A DNA stretch of 64,000 bases from the NCBI GenBank assembly GCA_963765075.1, contig CAVXVA010000001.1, forward strand, positions 769,901-833,900. The letters are read 5' to 3'. Of the stretch, positions 11,164 through 21,730 are shown piece by piece. The stretch's first letter is position 1. Each line of letters opens with the position of its first letter. The notes under the pieces are model-generated. The model saw nothing but the letters and a program-made list of their open reading frames with translations. It did no database searches and was not told the origin of the DNA. Origin of the DNA: an uncultured Acidimicrobiia bacterium. Lineage in GTDB: Bacteria > Actinomycetota > Acidimicrobiia > IMCC26256 > JAENVU01. The translations under genes were made by a program, and so were the position numbers.

Positions 11164-12450
11164 CTACAGGGCGCCGGCGTCCATGTCGCTCGAGAGCACC
11201 TTGTCGGCGTTGTCGGAAACGGCGTAGCCGCGGGCGAGGCCCTGGCTCGGGTTGGCCGGCAGCTCACGCAGCGGTTCGGCGAGCTCGGCCACCGTGGGGC
11301 CGACCTTCTGCGCCAGCGGAACCAGCGCCTCGAGGTCGAAGTCGTACAGGTCGGCCACATTGGTCGCGAGGATCTTGTGCATCACGTCCGGCGCGAGCTC
11401 GTGGAAACGGGACCGGATCGCCTCGCGCGAGTGCGGGTAGGTGCCCTCGTCGTGGGGGTAGTCACTCCCCCACATGAAGCGGTCCTCGCCGACGAAGCTC
11501 ATCGCCTTGGCGTCGGCCATGCCCGGTTGGCTCACCCCCATCCAGCAGTTCTGCGCGAATGCTTCCGACGCGAGGAGTGATCCCTTGCGTTCGTCGGCGG
11601 TGTAACGGATCTCACCGACGGCGCCACCGCTCCGGATCGACTTCATCATGCCGTCCATGTGGGCGATGAGACCGGGCAGCCACGCACAACCGTTCTCGGT
11701 CATCACGAACTTGAGGTTCGGGAACCGATCGAAGACGCCCGACAACACCAGCTGCACGAACGGCCGCTGCGAGTAGAAGCCCGCTTCCATGATGTAGAGC
11801 AGCATCGACGTCGGGTACTTGCCGTAGTCGGGCACGCCGGTGCCGCCGTGGGCGTTGACCGGAATCTCGAGGTCTTCGATGAGCTTCCAGAGCCGGTCGT
11901 ACTCGGGGTCGTACAGCGGCTTGACCCACTTCACGTCGGGCGGGATCGCGGGGAGGAGGATGCCGCCGCGGAGGCCGTTCTCCTTGATCCAGATCGCGTC
12001 GGCGATGGCGTCGTCGATGTCGTTGAGGAAGATCTGACCAACACCGGCGCGGCGCTCGGGGAACTCGTTGCACCAGTCCTTGAGCCACCGGTTGTGGGCG
12101 CGGATTCCGGCGAGGCGGTGCTCGTAGTCCTCCGGCGGGGGCGGCGGCGCGAAGAGCACGAAGCTCGGGAAGAACGGCGGGACGGTGTTCGGGAACACCA
12201 CCTCGCCGACGACGCCGTCGGCCTCCTGCTGCTCGTTGCGCATCTCGTCGTCCCAGTTGCGCTTGCGGCGGTCGTCACCGGGCGCGAGGTCCTTGTAGGG
12301 GTTCTTGTACTTGTTCCGCCAGGCGTCGAAGTCCTCGAGGTAGGCCTGGTCGAGGTACTCGCGGTAGGTCGCATGCGACGCGCCGGCGTGACTATCCGAC
12401 GAGATGATCGTGTAGTGGTCGGCCGGGGCCGACGGTGCAGCGACAGTCAT
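11164..12450 (-). CDS. Amidohydrolase_2 family protein
   Basis: IISSDSHAG, PVNAHGG, FDRFPNLKFVMTE, FMWGSDYPHDEGT. Confidence 0.92.
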   Translation of the reverse strand: MTVAAPSAPADHYTIISSDSHAGASHATYREYLDQAYLEDFDAWRNKYKNPYKDLAPGDDRRKRNWDDEMRNEQQEADGVVGEVVFPNTVPPFFPSFVLFAPPPPPEDYEHRLAGIRAHNRWLKDWCNEFPERRAGVGQIFLNDIDDAIADAIWIKENGLRGGILLPAIPPDVKWVKPLYDPEYDRLWKLIEDLEIPVNAHGGTGVPDYGKYPTSMLLYIMEAGFYSQRPFVQLVLSGVFDRFPNLKFVMTENGCAWLPGLIAHMDGMMKSIRSGGAVGEIRYTADERKGSLLASEAFAQNCWMGVSQPGMADAKAMSFVGEDRFMWGSDYPHDEGTYPHSREAIRSRFHELAPDVMHKILATNVADLYDFDLEALVPLAQKVGPTVAELAEPLRELPANPSQGLARGYAVSDNADKVLSSDMDAGAL

Positions 12451-12610
12451 GGACGACTCCTTCGGTCGGAGAGTGAGCGGACCCTCAAGCCGCGCCACTG
12501 TATGTCTCGATCGGCACCTCGCAACGAAGCGCCGCAATGTCAGCGGCCATCGTCATGATCTACGCGGGTGCCCGCAGCATGAGTCGGACATCCAAGCGCG
12601 CTCGACAAGC

Positions 12611-14974
12611 TCACCCACGGTTGTTCCGCCTCCCTGACGTCACCGGCGGTCGGGTCGCGTCGAGGAGCACCCGACGCTCGGCCGCGCCGATCACCGCTCG
12701 GGCCCGGCCGACCGCGTCGGGATTCACCGATACCGACGTGATGCCATACCGAACCAGGTGCTCCGCGAACTCCGGATGCGTCGACGGCGCCTGACCGCAC
12801 AGCGACGACGTGATCCCCGCTTCGCGCGCCGCCACGATGATGCGTTCGATCGCGTCGAGCACCGCGGCGTCGGACTCGTCGAAGAGCTCGGCGCAGATCT
12901 CCGAATCGCGGTCCACGCCAAGCACCAGTTGCGTCAGATCGTTCGAACCGATCGAGACCCCGTCGACGCCGAGGGCCGCGTACTCCGGGATGCGCATCAC
13001 GACCGACGGCACTTCGGCCATCACCCAACGATGCAGTCCACGGTGATCTCCGAGAGGGCTGGCGTCGACGAGTTCGAGGCATGCTTCGAGTTCCCAGCGC
13101 GTCCGCACGAACGGGATCATGAGATGCAGGTTGGGCGTCTCCTCGCGCACCCGTGCCAGAAGCTCGAGCTCGAGGGCGAAGAGATCGGGCTCACGCACGT
13201 ATCGGTAGCAGCCGCGGTATCCGATCATGGGGTTCGCTTCAACGGGTTCGTACTCGTCGCCACCTCTCAGGTTGCGGAACTCGTTCGTCTTGAAGTCAAT
13301 GGTCCGGTATACAACGGGTCGAGGCGCGAAGGCGCGGGTGATCTGCAACAAGGACCCGGACATGCGTGCCAGGAATTCATCGCGCCCACCACGGGCGAGA
13401 AGGTGTCGAGGATGCTCTCCGCCCAGGGCGTCGGCGATCATGAACTCCGCGCGCAGCAGACCAACGCCGTCGACCGGGAGCGCCGCAACCTCATGGGCAT
13501 GATCGGCGATCGCGAGGTTCGCGTAGACGAGCGTCCCTAGTGGTGTCGCGTGGTCGGCAGCCCCATCCTCGCTCGAGGTTGGCCGTGCGACAGAAGTCGT
13601 TCTCGCGTCGAGCGCCGCCGTCACATCACGCGCGTAGATCACGCCGGCGGCACCGTCGACGGTGACCAACTCGCCGTCGCGCAGAACTTCGGTCGCACGC
13701 CGCACGCCGACGACGCATGGGACGCGCAACTCTCTGCTGGCGATCGCCGCGTGACACGTCACGCCGCCCCCTTCCGTGACCAGGGCCGCAGCGCGGCGCA
13801 TCGTCGGAACCCAGTCGGGTGAGGTCATCGGCGCAACGAGCACCTCTCCTGCCTGCAGCCGCGACGCTTCCGCGGCGGATCGCAGGATCCGCACCCGGCC
13901 CGCGACGATCCCCGGCGCCGCCGCGAGGCCGGTCGCCAAGGGATTGCCGAGACTGGCTCGGCCCACGCGTTCGCCCGCATCGTCCTCCAGCGTGGTGATC
14001 GGCCTGGATTGGACGAGCGCGACCTTCCCTCCCTCGATGGCCCACTCGATGTCCTGCGGCGAGCCGTAGTGCTCTTCGACGCGCCGAGCCAGACGGGTGA
14101 GTTCGAGCACTTCGTCGTCGGAGAGCACGCTCACCGCGCCGACATCCGGCTCCAGCTCCACTCGCCGATCACCCCGGTCCGCGCGAACGAGCATGAATGT
14201 CTGGTGGCCGATGTGCGTTTCGAGTACACGCGGCCCGTCCTTGGCCACGATGTAGGTATCGGGCTGCACTGCGCCGCTCACGACGACCTCGCCGAGCCCA
14301 CGCGCGGCCTCGATGACAACGTGCGTACGTTCGCCGGTCGCGGGATCAGCCGTGAACATCACGCCTGCTCGTTCGGAGTCCACCATCCGCTGCACGACAA
14401 CGGCGATGGCCGGCTCGTCGGTGAGTCCCTGGGCGACTCGGTACGCGAGCACCCGCTCGCCGAAGAGCGAGGCCCAACAATCGACGACCCGCTCGACCAG
14501 GTCGTCGTCACCCGCCACATTGGTGAACGTTGCATTCATCCCGGCGAAGGACGCCGAGGCGGCGTCCTCAGCCGTGGCCGACGATCGCACCGCGACCCTC
14601 GTATCGGGGCCGAGATCGTGGTAGGCGGCAAGCAACGCTGCCCGTAGGTCGCTCGGCAACGGAGTCTGTTGCACGAGTCCGCGAGCGCGTTCCGAAACCT
14701 CTCGCAGCGCGGCCGGGTCGGCGACGTCTACATCAGCGACCAGCGCGAGCAACTCTTCGCGCACTCCCGCAGCCTCGATGGCGGACAAGTACGCATTCGC
14801 GACGACGACGAATCCGGGCGGTACCGCGAATCCAGCCCTGACGAGCTCGCCGAGGTTCGCGCCTTTACCCCCGGCCCGGTCGACGTCGCTCCGGCCCACG
14901 TCGCCCAGTTGGACTATCGCCGCTTCGGGTGGGGTAAGCCGCCCGACGAGGGGCGGCGATGCATTCGAATCCAT
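12611..14974 (-). CDS. ppsA: Phosphoenolpyruvate synthase
   Basis: [21 protein letters not shown], phospho-His motif [36 protein letters not shown]. Confidence 0.95.
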   Translation of the reverse strand: MDSNASPPLVGRLTPPEAAIVQLGDVGRSDVDRAGGKGANLGELVRAGFAVPPGFVVVANAYLSAIEAAGVREELLALVADVDVADPAALREVSERARGLVQQTPLPSDLRAALLAAYHDLGPDTRVAVRSSATAEDAASASFAGMNATFTNVAGDDDLVERVVDCWASLFGERVLAYRVAQGLTDEPAIAVVVQRMVDSERAGVMFTADPATGERTHVVIEAARGLGEVVVSGAVQPDTYIVAKDGPRVLETHIGHQTFMLVRADRGDRRVELEPDVGAVSVLSDDEVLELTRLARRVEEHYGSPQDIEWAIEGGKVALVQSRPITTLEDDAGERVGRASLGNPLATGLAAAPGIVAGRVRILRSAAEASRLQAGEVLVAPMTSPDWVPTMRRAAALVTEGGGVTCHAAIASRELRVPCVVGVRRATEVLRDGELVTVDGAAGVIYARDVTAALDARTTSVARPTSSEDGAADHATPLGTLVYANLAIADHAHEVAALPVDGVGLLRAEFMIADALGGEHPRHLLARGGRDEFLARMSGSLLQITRAFAPRPVVYRTIDFKTNEFRNLRGGDEYEPVEANPMIGYRGCYRYVREPDLFALELELLARVREETPNLHLMIPFVRTRWELEACLELVDASPLGDHRGLHRWVMAEVPSVVMRIPEYAALGVDGVSIGSNDLTQLVLGVDRDSEICAELFDESDAAVLDAIERIIVAAREAGITSSLCGQAPSTHPEFAEHLVRYGITSVSVNPDAVGRARAVIGAAERRVLLDATRPPVTSGRRNNRG

Positions 14975-15148
14975 GATCGCGACCTGACCAGGTTCGCATG
15001 CCCATGCACAGAGACGAAAGACCCAATCAGGGTCGGACAAGATCAACGGCTCCCCCCTGCAACGAGGGCGACCCAGCCGCGTTTCACAACATGGAGCAGT
15101 ACGCGAACCAGCGCGTCGAAGGCGACCACCCAGGCGGTCGCGGACGAG

Positions 15149-15985
15149 TCACCCCGAAAGAATTTCTGCGATGGCATTGGCGCTGCTCACCACGGCGAGC
15201 GCAGTGGCACCACCCATCGCGACGTGGCCAACACGCTGCGCCGCTCGCTTCTCGACAATGGCCTCAACCCTGCCACGCGAGATCGCCCTGCCAACGACAT
15301 AGACAGCGGCACAAAGGAACAACGGGGGCACCACGAAGACGACCAACGCGGCGTGGGCGGCGATGCTGGCAGGTCGTCGGCTCATCATCGGCAACCCGGC
15401 GTCGAGACGGGCCGCGAGCGCAGTGAATGTCACACCGAACAACAAGGCCGTCAACGTGACGAGCGTTACCGCGAGCCAGGTCGGCTCGAGCAGCGTGAAG
15501 TCACGATTGTCTGGCGATATTGCATCGGCGACGCCGACGGTTCCCAGCAACAACACACCGACGATGATCCCGGCCGGTCCAGCCGCGTCAGGCAACCACC
15601 GTCTGACCACGATGAAGAGCAGCGCTGCGAGAAGCCCAGCGAACACGCCTACGAACACGACCACTGCGACGGTTCCGCCGGTCGTGATCTCGCCGACGAT
15701 CTCGTCCGCGTCGGTGACCGCGCCCTGCGATCTCGGACCGGACGTGCCAGCCAGCACCCGCATCACCAACCTTCCACCGAGGCCCGGTACCAACGCGCCC
15801 GCGAAGATCCCCGCCGCCGTCAACGCGGCGAGCGTGCGAAGTCCGTCCCGAGCTGCCTCGCCCGCCTCGTAGGTGCGGACGCGTTGAGCAAGCAGTGGCA
15901 GCCGCCACCAGCGCCACGCGATCCAAACCGCAGATCCCACCGCCGCAGCACCGAGCACCACGACCACAACATTCGCAGCACGCAC
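15149..15985 (-). CDS. Multi-pass membrane protein
   Basis: Several TM helices; GLGGRLVMRVLA...GEITTGGT; GGAGG RBS. Confidence 0.75.
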   Translation of the reverse strand: MRAANVVVVVLGAAAVGSAVWIAWRWWRLPLLAQRVRTYEAGEAARDGLRTLAALTAAGIFAGALVPGLGGRLVMRVLAGTSGPRSQGAVTDADEIVGEITTGGTVAVVVFVGVFAGLLAALLFIVVRRWLPDAAGPAGIIVGVLLLGTVGVADAISPDNRDFTLLEPTWLAVTLVTLTALLFGVTFTALAARLDAGLPMMSRRPASIAAHAALVVFVVPPLFLCAAVYVVGRAISRGRVEAIVEKRAAQRVGHVAMGGATALAVVSSANAIAEILSG

Positions 15986-16379
15986 GACTCAGCCTCCGTG
16001 CCACCTGCCGGCTAACTCAAGCCGTGCATGCAGTCGTGACCGACGCGGCCTTGCTGATGGCCAACCCAGGTCGGCGCAGGCGACCTTGTTCGCATTCGAC
16101 GGCAGCGACAAGTCGTCGACCGCGACCGAACCGCGATCGATCCGGCGGCGATCCCGGCGACATTTCGTGCGCGGTGCCATTGCTGCCCCCTTGGGTATCG
16201 GTGATCCCTGCCGCGGCCGTTGCCAGCTCGGCCCCGGCAGATCTGCCGGCCTGTACACGAGGACAGACGAGCGGCAACGGCTACCGGGTGACATGCTGCC
16301 CCCAAGGACCAGCCCACCTTGCGCTAATGCCCCAGAGCCCTTCGGCCCTACCGTGGCCCTCCGTGCGCGGGATAGCGTC

Positions 16380-17197
16380 GATAAATGGGCAACTCGAGCG
16401 GGCGGCCAAGAACACCATCTGCCGCTATTACGGCGACGCGAAGGTCACCGTCGAGATCGACCCGGGATCCGAGATCGACGCGGCGCGGGTTTCGGTCGAG
16501 GCCTACGGTGACACCTGCGCGTCGATCGATGACATCGGCGAAGAGGCGCTGTTCTGCACCGGGGGCCTCCCAGCGGAGGGACTGACCGGCCAGATCGTGT
16601 GGACCGACGACGAACACACACTCTTCGTGGTCTACAACTTCGGCGATACCGCTCCGTCGAAAGACATCCCCCTCGAACTCAGCGCGCCGCCTTCAGACCT
16701 GAACCGGGACCACAGTGCACTCCCGCGTCCGGCGCGTCGTGGGCCAGGAGTCACCCGACCGCCACCCACCCCGCCCAATCCGCTCGCGCGCCACAGAAAC
16801 GGCTCGTTGGATCTTCGGCGATCGCTACCGGACGTCGTAGCTGATCAGCATCTCCTTGATGCCGTTGATCAGGTGGGACGTGCCCGGTGACGGCTTCCGG
16901 CTGAATTTCCGCGTCTATCTGCCTGGTCCCGAAGTTCTGTCACCGGACACCGTCGAGCGCTTCGTCCCGCGAGTCCTCCCGACCCCGAAGCGCGCCGAGG
17001 CACCTATCACCCTGGTGTTCGCGATCTACGTGCTGCAGGCCTTCCTGCTACGCATCGCATCTAGGTTCGACGGTTCCGAAGACCGCAGCGGAAGCGCCGC
17101 ATGGGGTCCCACCATTGCGACGCTTGCACTCACTTCCGCGCTGGCGCACTACGTGATCGCTGCGCTCAGCGAAGTGGGCGTCCGCCCGTTCGCCTGA
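16380..17197 (+). pseudogene. Gene debris: secreted/lipoprotein fragment, DUF1214-like C-terminal fragment, membrane fragment
   Basis: ICRYYGD...IDDIGEEALFC; DGFRLNFRVYLPGPEVL; no coherent starts. Confidence 0.4.
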
Positions 17198-17225
17198 CGC
17201 GATCGGGACCCAACAGACGGTCGGG

Positions 17226-17984
17226 TCAGGCGAGACCTCGTGCTGCCCAAGCTCGGGCGCTCAGCGTGAATGGTGTTGCCGGCAGCATGGCGCGGCATTG
17301 TTCGCGGAGCTGGACTCGCCCGGTGGCGTCGAGTGCTGCGACGTAGCTGCCGGCGGGGCCTACCCCAAGGGTGAAGGGCTCCCACCACGCTTCGAAGGTC
17401 GAGTGCTCGACGGTGATCGAGAGCGCGGTTTCCTCAATCGTGCGCAGTCCAGCTTCTCCCAAGAGTTCGGCGAGATGACCTTGGCGCGCTCCAGCGAGGC
17501 CAGACTCTCCTTCGCAGTCGCGATCGAGCTCGCGTGCCGCGTTCCAGAACAGAGCGAGTGGTCCTTCGCCGCCTTGATGATCCCAGACACACGCGGCGAC
17601 GACTCCTCCTGGGCGGGTCACCCGGGCCATTTCGCGCAAACCCGCGACGGGGTCATGCATGAAGTGAACGACGAGTTGCGCGAGGGTGGCATCGAAGACC
17701 CGGTCCTCGAACGGGAGCTGTTCGGCGGTCGCTCGCCTCACGTCGACCGCGGGATAGCGCGCGTGCGCCGCGGCCACGAAGGTGTCAGAAGGATCGACGG
17801 CACCGACCGCGGTTGGTCCCAGGCGCTTGACGAGTTCGGCAGTCAAGGCGCCCGGGCCGCATCCCACATCGAGGACATGTAGTCCGTGGATGACCGCGGC
17901 GAATTCTGCGAAGGCGGGCGCGAGCGGCGCGGAATACCTGCCCATGAATCGGTCGTAAGCATCGGCAGCGACCGCGAAACTCAC
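17226..17984 (-). CDS. Class I SAM-dependent methyltransferase
   Basis: AYDRFMGRYS, VLDVGCGPGALT, AEQLPFED. Confidence 0.9.
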   Translation of the reverse strand: MSFAVAADAYDRFMGRYSAPLAPAFAEFAAVIHGLHVLDVGCGPGALTAELVKRLGPTAVGAVDPSDTFVAAAHARYPAVDVRRATAEQLPFEDRVFDATLAQLVVHFMHDPVAGLREMARVTRPGGVVAACVWDHQGGEGPLALFWNAARELDRDCEGESGLAGARQGHLAELLGEAGLRTIEETALSITVEHSTFEAWWEPFTLGVGPAGSYVAALDATGRVQLREQCRAMLPATPFTLSARAWAARGLA

Positions 17985-18398
17985 GGAACGGACACTACTG
18001 CTCCGTGTTATTGAACGCGGCCGGCATGAGTCATTCGATTGCAGCGCAGCGTCGACGCCCTCGGCCGAGGCCGTCGGGAGTCCCAAGGAACACGATCAGC
18101 CCATCCCGGAAGCTCCACCATGCCGAAGACGTCGCGGTAGAACGCGATCGCGCGATCCTGCTTCCACGACGAGAAAATGAACGTGACGGACCCCGATCGA
18201 CGTCATCACGGTCCCCTCCGAGCCTTCGGCCTACCGCATCAGGGTATGCGAGGGGACTGCCCTGAACCCCGGCTACACCGAACTCGCCGACACGATCTGA
18301 ACCCGAAACCGGACGGACTTCGGTTCACCGTGGCCCGACCCGAATCAACGCAACAGTGCCAGGTCGACGAAGGCAGGGTCGCGGGTAGCGTGAGGTGC

Positions 18399-19100
18399 AT
18401 GACCGACGATGCGATGTCGCCTTCGATCCCGGCGAGTCCCACGATCACCTCGGTGCCGAACGGACCTCTCGTTGTGGCTGGCGGAGTACCCGTGTACCGA
18501 CGCGGCATCGTCGAGAGCGAACACGGCGAACCGCTCGCGTACGAGACCCACCAGAACCTCGGGTCCGACGACCGGGTGCTGATCTGTCGCTGCGGAGCAT
18601 CGGCGACCAAACCCTTCTGCGACTCCAGCCATCGCCAGGCCGGATTCGTGGCCGACGACACCGCGGGCGGGAGCAATGCCGACCGATCGAACGAACTCGG
18701 CGGCACAGGAATCACCGTGCGCGACGATCGCTCGGTCTGCGTGCACGCCGGCTTCTGCGGCACGCGGTTGACCAATGTGTGGAAGTCGGTCCCCGGCACC
18801 GACGAATCGACCGTACGAGCGCAGGTCATTGCCATGATCGAGCATTGCCCGTCGGGCGCGCTCACCTACCGCTTCGACGGAGCGGGCGCGGACGTCGAGC
18901 AACTGCTGCCGCAGGCGATTGCGGTCCTCGACGACGGTCCACTCTGGGTCACCGGCGGAATCCCGGTCACGACCGCCGCCGGAGAGACGCTGGAGGTGCG
19001 AAACCGGGTCACCCTGTGCCGGTGCGGAGGCTCGGCGAACAAGCCGTTGTGCGATGGCTCCCACAAGGAACTCGGATTTCGCGACTCGGGAACGGGCTGA
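18399..19100 (+). CDS. CDGSH iron-sulfur protein with central Fer4_19-like domain
   Basis: CRCGASATKPFCDSSH, CVHAGFC...CPSGAL, CRCGGSANKPLCDGSH. Confidence 0.92.
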   Translation: MTDDAMSPSIPASPTITSVPNGPLVVAGGVPVYRRGIVESEHGEPLAYETHQNLGSDDRVLICRCGASATKPFCDSSHRQAGFVADDTAGGSNADRSNELGGTGITVRDDRSVCVHAGFCGTRLTNVWKSVPGTDESTVRAQVIAMIEHCPSGALTYRFDGAGADVEQLLPQAIAVLDDGPLWVTGGIPVTTAAGETLEVRNRVTLCRCGGSANKPLCDGSHKELGFRDSGTG

Positions 19101-19149
19101 CCCGGAGTCGCTGAGCGTGTAGGCGCCGCGCCTGCCAACTCCTGAATCT

Positions 19150-19265
19150 GCTGGGCTGGGGTCGGTGAACTGCGTGACCTCACCGGAGAGCGTCATACGT
19201 GTTCTCGCTGTTTCAGCGGTCACGAACCACAACGCGCCGTCCGGACCCGCGACCATGTTCTGCCA
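19150..19265 (-). pseudogene. Vgb/streptogramin-lyase-like propeller fragment
   Basis: NMVAGPDGALWFV...RMTLSGEVTQF single blade. Confidence 0.5.
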
Positions 19266-19269
19266 CGGG

Positions 19270-19298
19270 CGCGACCTTGCGCTCATGCAACAGAGCCC
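19270..19298 (-). mobile_element. Orphan IS6-family left end
   Basis: Reverse complement GGGCTCTGTTGCATGAGCGCAAGGTCGCG is 27/29 identical to 27624..27652. Confidence 0.75.
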
Positions 19299-19310
19299 TG
19301 GGATCTACAA

Positions 19311-20012
19311 CTAGCGCAGGGTTCGGGCCGAGGCGAGGTTCGAGTAGGGCGAGAAGCCGATCGCGTTACCGGCCCGCAGCCGATAGGTGTAGGTGGTGCG
19401 CGACGACAGCTTCGTGTCCGCGAAGGACGTCGCGGTGCCCGAAACCATGGCCACCCGGGCAAACTTGCTGCAGTCGACGCCCTTGCAGCGCTCGATCTGG
19501 ATCGAGGTCTGATTGGACGAGACGTTGGTCCAGTCCAGGCGGATCGAACTGCGCGAAATCGACGTCGCGGTCACGTTGGCGGGTGCCTGCGGCGCTGTCG
19601 GCGCGTTCACCACGATCGTCACGACGCTGGGGAAGCTGTTGAGCCCGAACCCGTCGTACACCATCAAGGTGGCGTTGTACGCGCCCGGCGTTGCGTACGT
19701 GTGCGTCGTCACTTCGCCCATTCCGGTGGAGCCGTCACCGAAGGTCCAGATCCACGTCACCAATGGGTTGGGGCCCGTCGACGCGCGACCGTCGAAGGTC
19801 ACCGTGAGGGGCGCTTCGCCCGTGGAGGGGGTCGCGGTGAAGATGGCGACCGGCTCGAGCGGTGGGAAGTCGACGGCCTGCGCCGGGGCGGCAAAGACGC
19901 CTAGCGACATCGCTGCCGCAGCGATGGCAACCGCGAGCCCTCGCCACGGTCGTCGGATCCGCCGTGAGCCTCCTCGCACAACGGGATACATGGTCACGTC
20001 AATGGCCTCCAT
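19311..20012 (-). CDS. Secreted PKD + fibronectin type III protein
   Basis: Signal peptide; GEAPLTVTFDG...WTFGDG...HTYATPGAY; FN3 APANVTAT...YTYRLRAGNAIGFSPYSN. Confidence 0.88.
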   Translation of the reverse strand: MEAIDVTMYPVVRGGSRRIRRPWRGLAVAIAAAAMSLGVFAAPAQAVDFPPLEPVAIFTATPSTGEAPLTVTFDGRASTGPNPLVTWIWTFGDGSTGMGEVTTHTYATPGAYNATLMVYDGFGLNSFPSVVTIVVNAPTAPQAPANVTATSISRSSIRLDWTNVSSNQTSIQIERCKGVDCSKFARVAMVSGTATSFADTKLSSRTTYTYRLRAGNAIGFSPYSNLASARTLR

Positions 20013-20398
20013 TGTCCTCGGTTGATCGACCGCCGTGGAACGAACGATGCGCGACGGAATGACTGCATCTTCACAGGGTCTCGCGTCGTCGCCCAGGGTC
20101 GGAAGTCCCCTAGGTTCGGAGCCGAAACCCATCACGAAGTACAAGTCCCTAACGCCTTCAGTCCGACGGTCAACGGCCTCGCGCTCCACCAACACCGGCG
20201 ACGACAACCCACTGCAATCGCCGCCTGAACCACCACCGCCTGAACCACCGAATGACTTCGGCGCGCCTGGATCAGGGCGAACGCCGGACCAACTACCGTC
20301 GCGGCACGGACGAACGCACTTCAACGTCCGAGGTGCAGCAAATCTCAGCCGGATCCCACCATCGCATCGGGTTTTCTGCCACGTTTTCTGCATCCCCC

Positions 20399-20436
20399 GC
20401 CCTCGTAGCTCAGGGGATAGAGCATTGGTTTCCTAA
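20399..20436 (+). repeat. att core: 5' half of tRNA-Arg(CCT)
   Basis: GCCCTCGTAGCTCAGGGGATAGAGCATTGGTTTCCTAA identical to 32151..32188; breaks at the end of the anticodon loop. Confidence 0.93.
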
Positions 20437-20455
20437 CCTTCGGCCCCGTCACCCG

Positions 20456-20589
20456 AAGGTGCAGGTCACAGCCTCCAGCCGCAGGTCAGACCACGTTTCG
20501 GTTGACCGCCACATACCGCGAGTGACCGCCATGACCGCCCATGACGGGCACGCAACGGGCAGCACTCCGAAGGGCACGAACGGGCACGC
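20456..20589 (+). repeat. att-arm-like repeat, copy 1
   Basis: 20456..20519 is 63/64 identical to 31297..31360; followed by TGACCGC and GGGCACG iterons. Confidence 0.85.
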
Positions 20590-20959
20590 GCAATGTCCAA
20601 GAAGCCGGGACAACTCCAGATTGAATCGCCCTGGGGAAGTTGGAGGCTCCTGACCTTGGAAACGAGGATGGAGCTATGCCTACACAGGGACGGTCGGGGA
20701 AACCGACCACGCGTCGATATTCGGAGCAGGAGAAGGCCCAGGCGGTCCGGCTCGTGCGTCAGTTGCGAGCGGAGCTCGGCACGGATCATGGGACCGTGTT
20801 CCGGGTTGCTCGACAGCTCGGTTACGGGACGGAGTCGGTGCGGGCGTGGGTGCGTCAGGCCGACATCGACGAGGGCCGCAAGCCGGGAACGACGACTGGG
20901 AATGTCAACTCGGTTTGGCCCCACCGTGCTCGTCTGATTTGGCCCCACCTGGGAGCGGG

Positions 20960-21730
20960 TCAGCGGGGATTCTTGGGGCGGGTGCGGCTGGTGCGGAGGC
21001 GGTAGCTGTCGGTGCCGGTTTCGAGGATGTGGGCGTGGAACGTGACGCGGTCGATGACGGCAGCGACGAGGCGCGGGTCGGTGATGATCTGGCCCCATTC
21101 GCTGAAGGGCAGGTTCGACGCGATCGCGACGGAGCTTTTCTCGTCTCGTTCGGTGAGGACTTGAAACAACAGTTCGGCGCCTCGTGCGTCGAGTTGCACG
21201 TAGCCGAGTTCGTCGACGCAGAGCAGGTCGAGCCGGCCGTAACGGGCGATGAGGCGGGAGAGGCGCCGTTCGTCGGCGGCTTCGACGAGTTCGTTGACGA
21301 GTTGCGCGCACGTGGCGTAACGGACGCGTCGGCCGGTCTCACACGCGGCGAGGCCGAGGCCGATCAACAGGTGGGTTTTGCCGGTGCCGGAATCGCCGAG
21401 GAGCACGACTGGTTCGCCCGTGTCGAGGTACGCGCCGGCGGCGAGTGTCGCGAGGGTCGCGGGGTTGATGGTGGGTGCGGCGTCGAGGTCGAACTCGGCG
21501 AGACGTTCGATCCGCGGGAATCGGGCTTCGTGAATGCGACGGGCTTGGCGGCGTTCGGCACGGTCGTCGACTTCGAGACTGAGCGTGTCAGCCAAGAATC
21601 CGAGATACGTGGTCTTCGCGCGTTTGGCTTCTTCGGCGAGTCGGGCGTGATGGTCACGCACTGCGGGTAGGCGAAGTTCGCGGGCGGCGGCATCAACCTG
21701 CGCGGCGGATGCGGTGTCGGTGGTGGTCAT
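20960..21730 (-). CDS. istB: IS21 helper ATPase
   Basis: Walker A GDSGTGKT, Walker B LLCVDELGY, ASNLPFSEW. Confidence 0.95.
   Translation of the reverse strand: MTTTDTASAAQVDAAARELRLPAVRDHHARLAEEAKRAKTTYLGFLADTLSLEVDDRAERRQARRIHEARFPRIERLAEFDLDAAPTINPATLATLAAGAYLDTGEPVVLLGDSGTGKTHLLIGLGLAACETGRRVRYATCAQLVNELVEAADERRLSRLIARYGRLDLLCVDELGYVQLDARGAELLFQVLTERDEKSSVAIASNLPFSEWGQIITDPRLVAAVIDRVTFHAHILETGTDSYRLRTSRTRPKNPR

Noticed and set aside
20012-20390. Riboswitch upstream of the PKD-FN3 gene
   Set aside because: No recognisable aptamer consensus; only a 14-bp tandem duplication (20221-20249) and short TAGGGAC-like boxes.
20456-20590. Short iterated TGACCGC and GGGCACG motifs as a CRISPR array
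   Set aside because: The units are too short, there is no repeat-spacer periodicity, and there are no cas genes.
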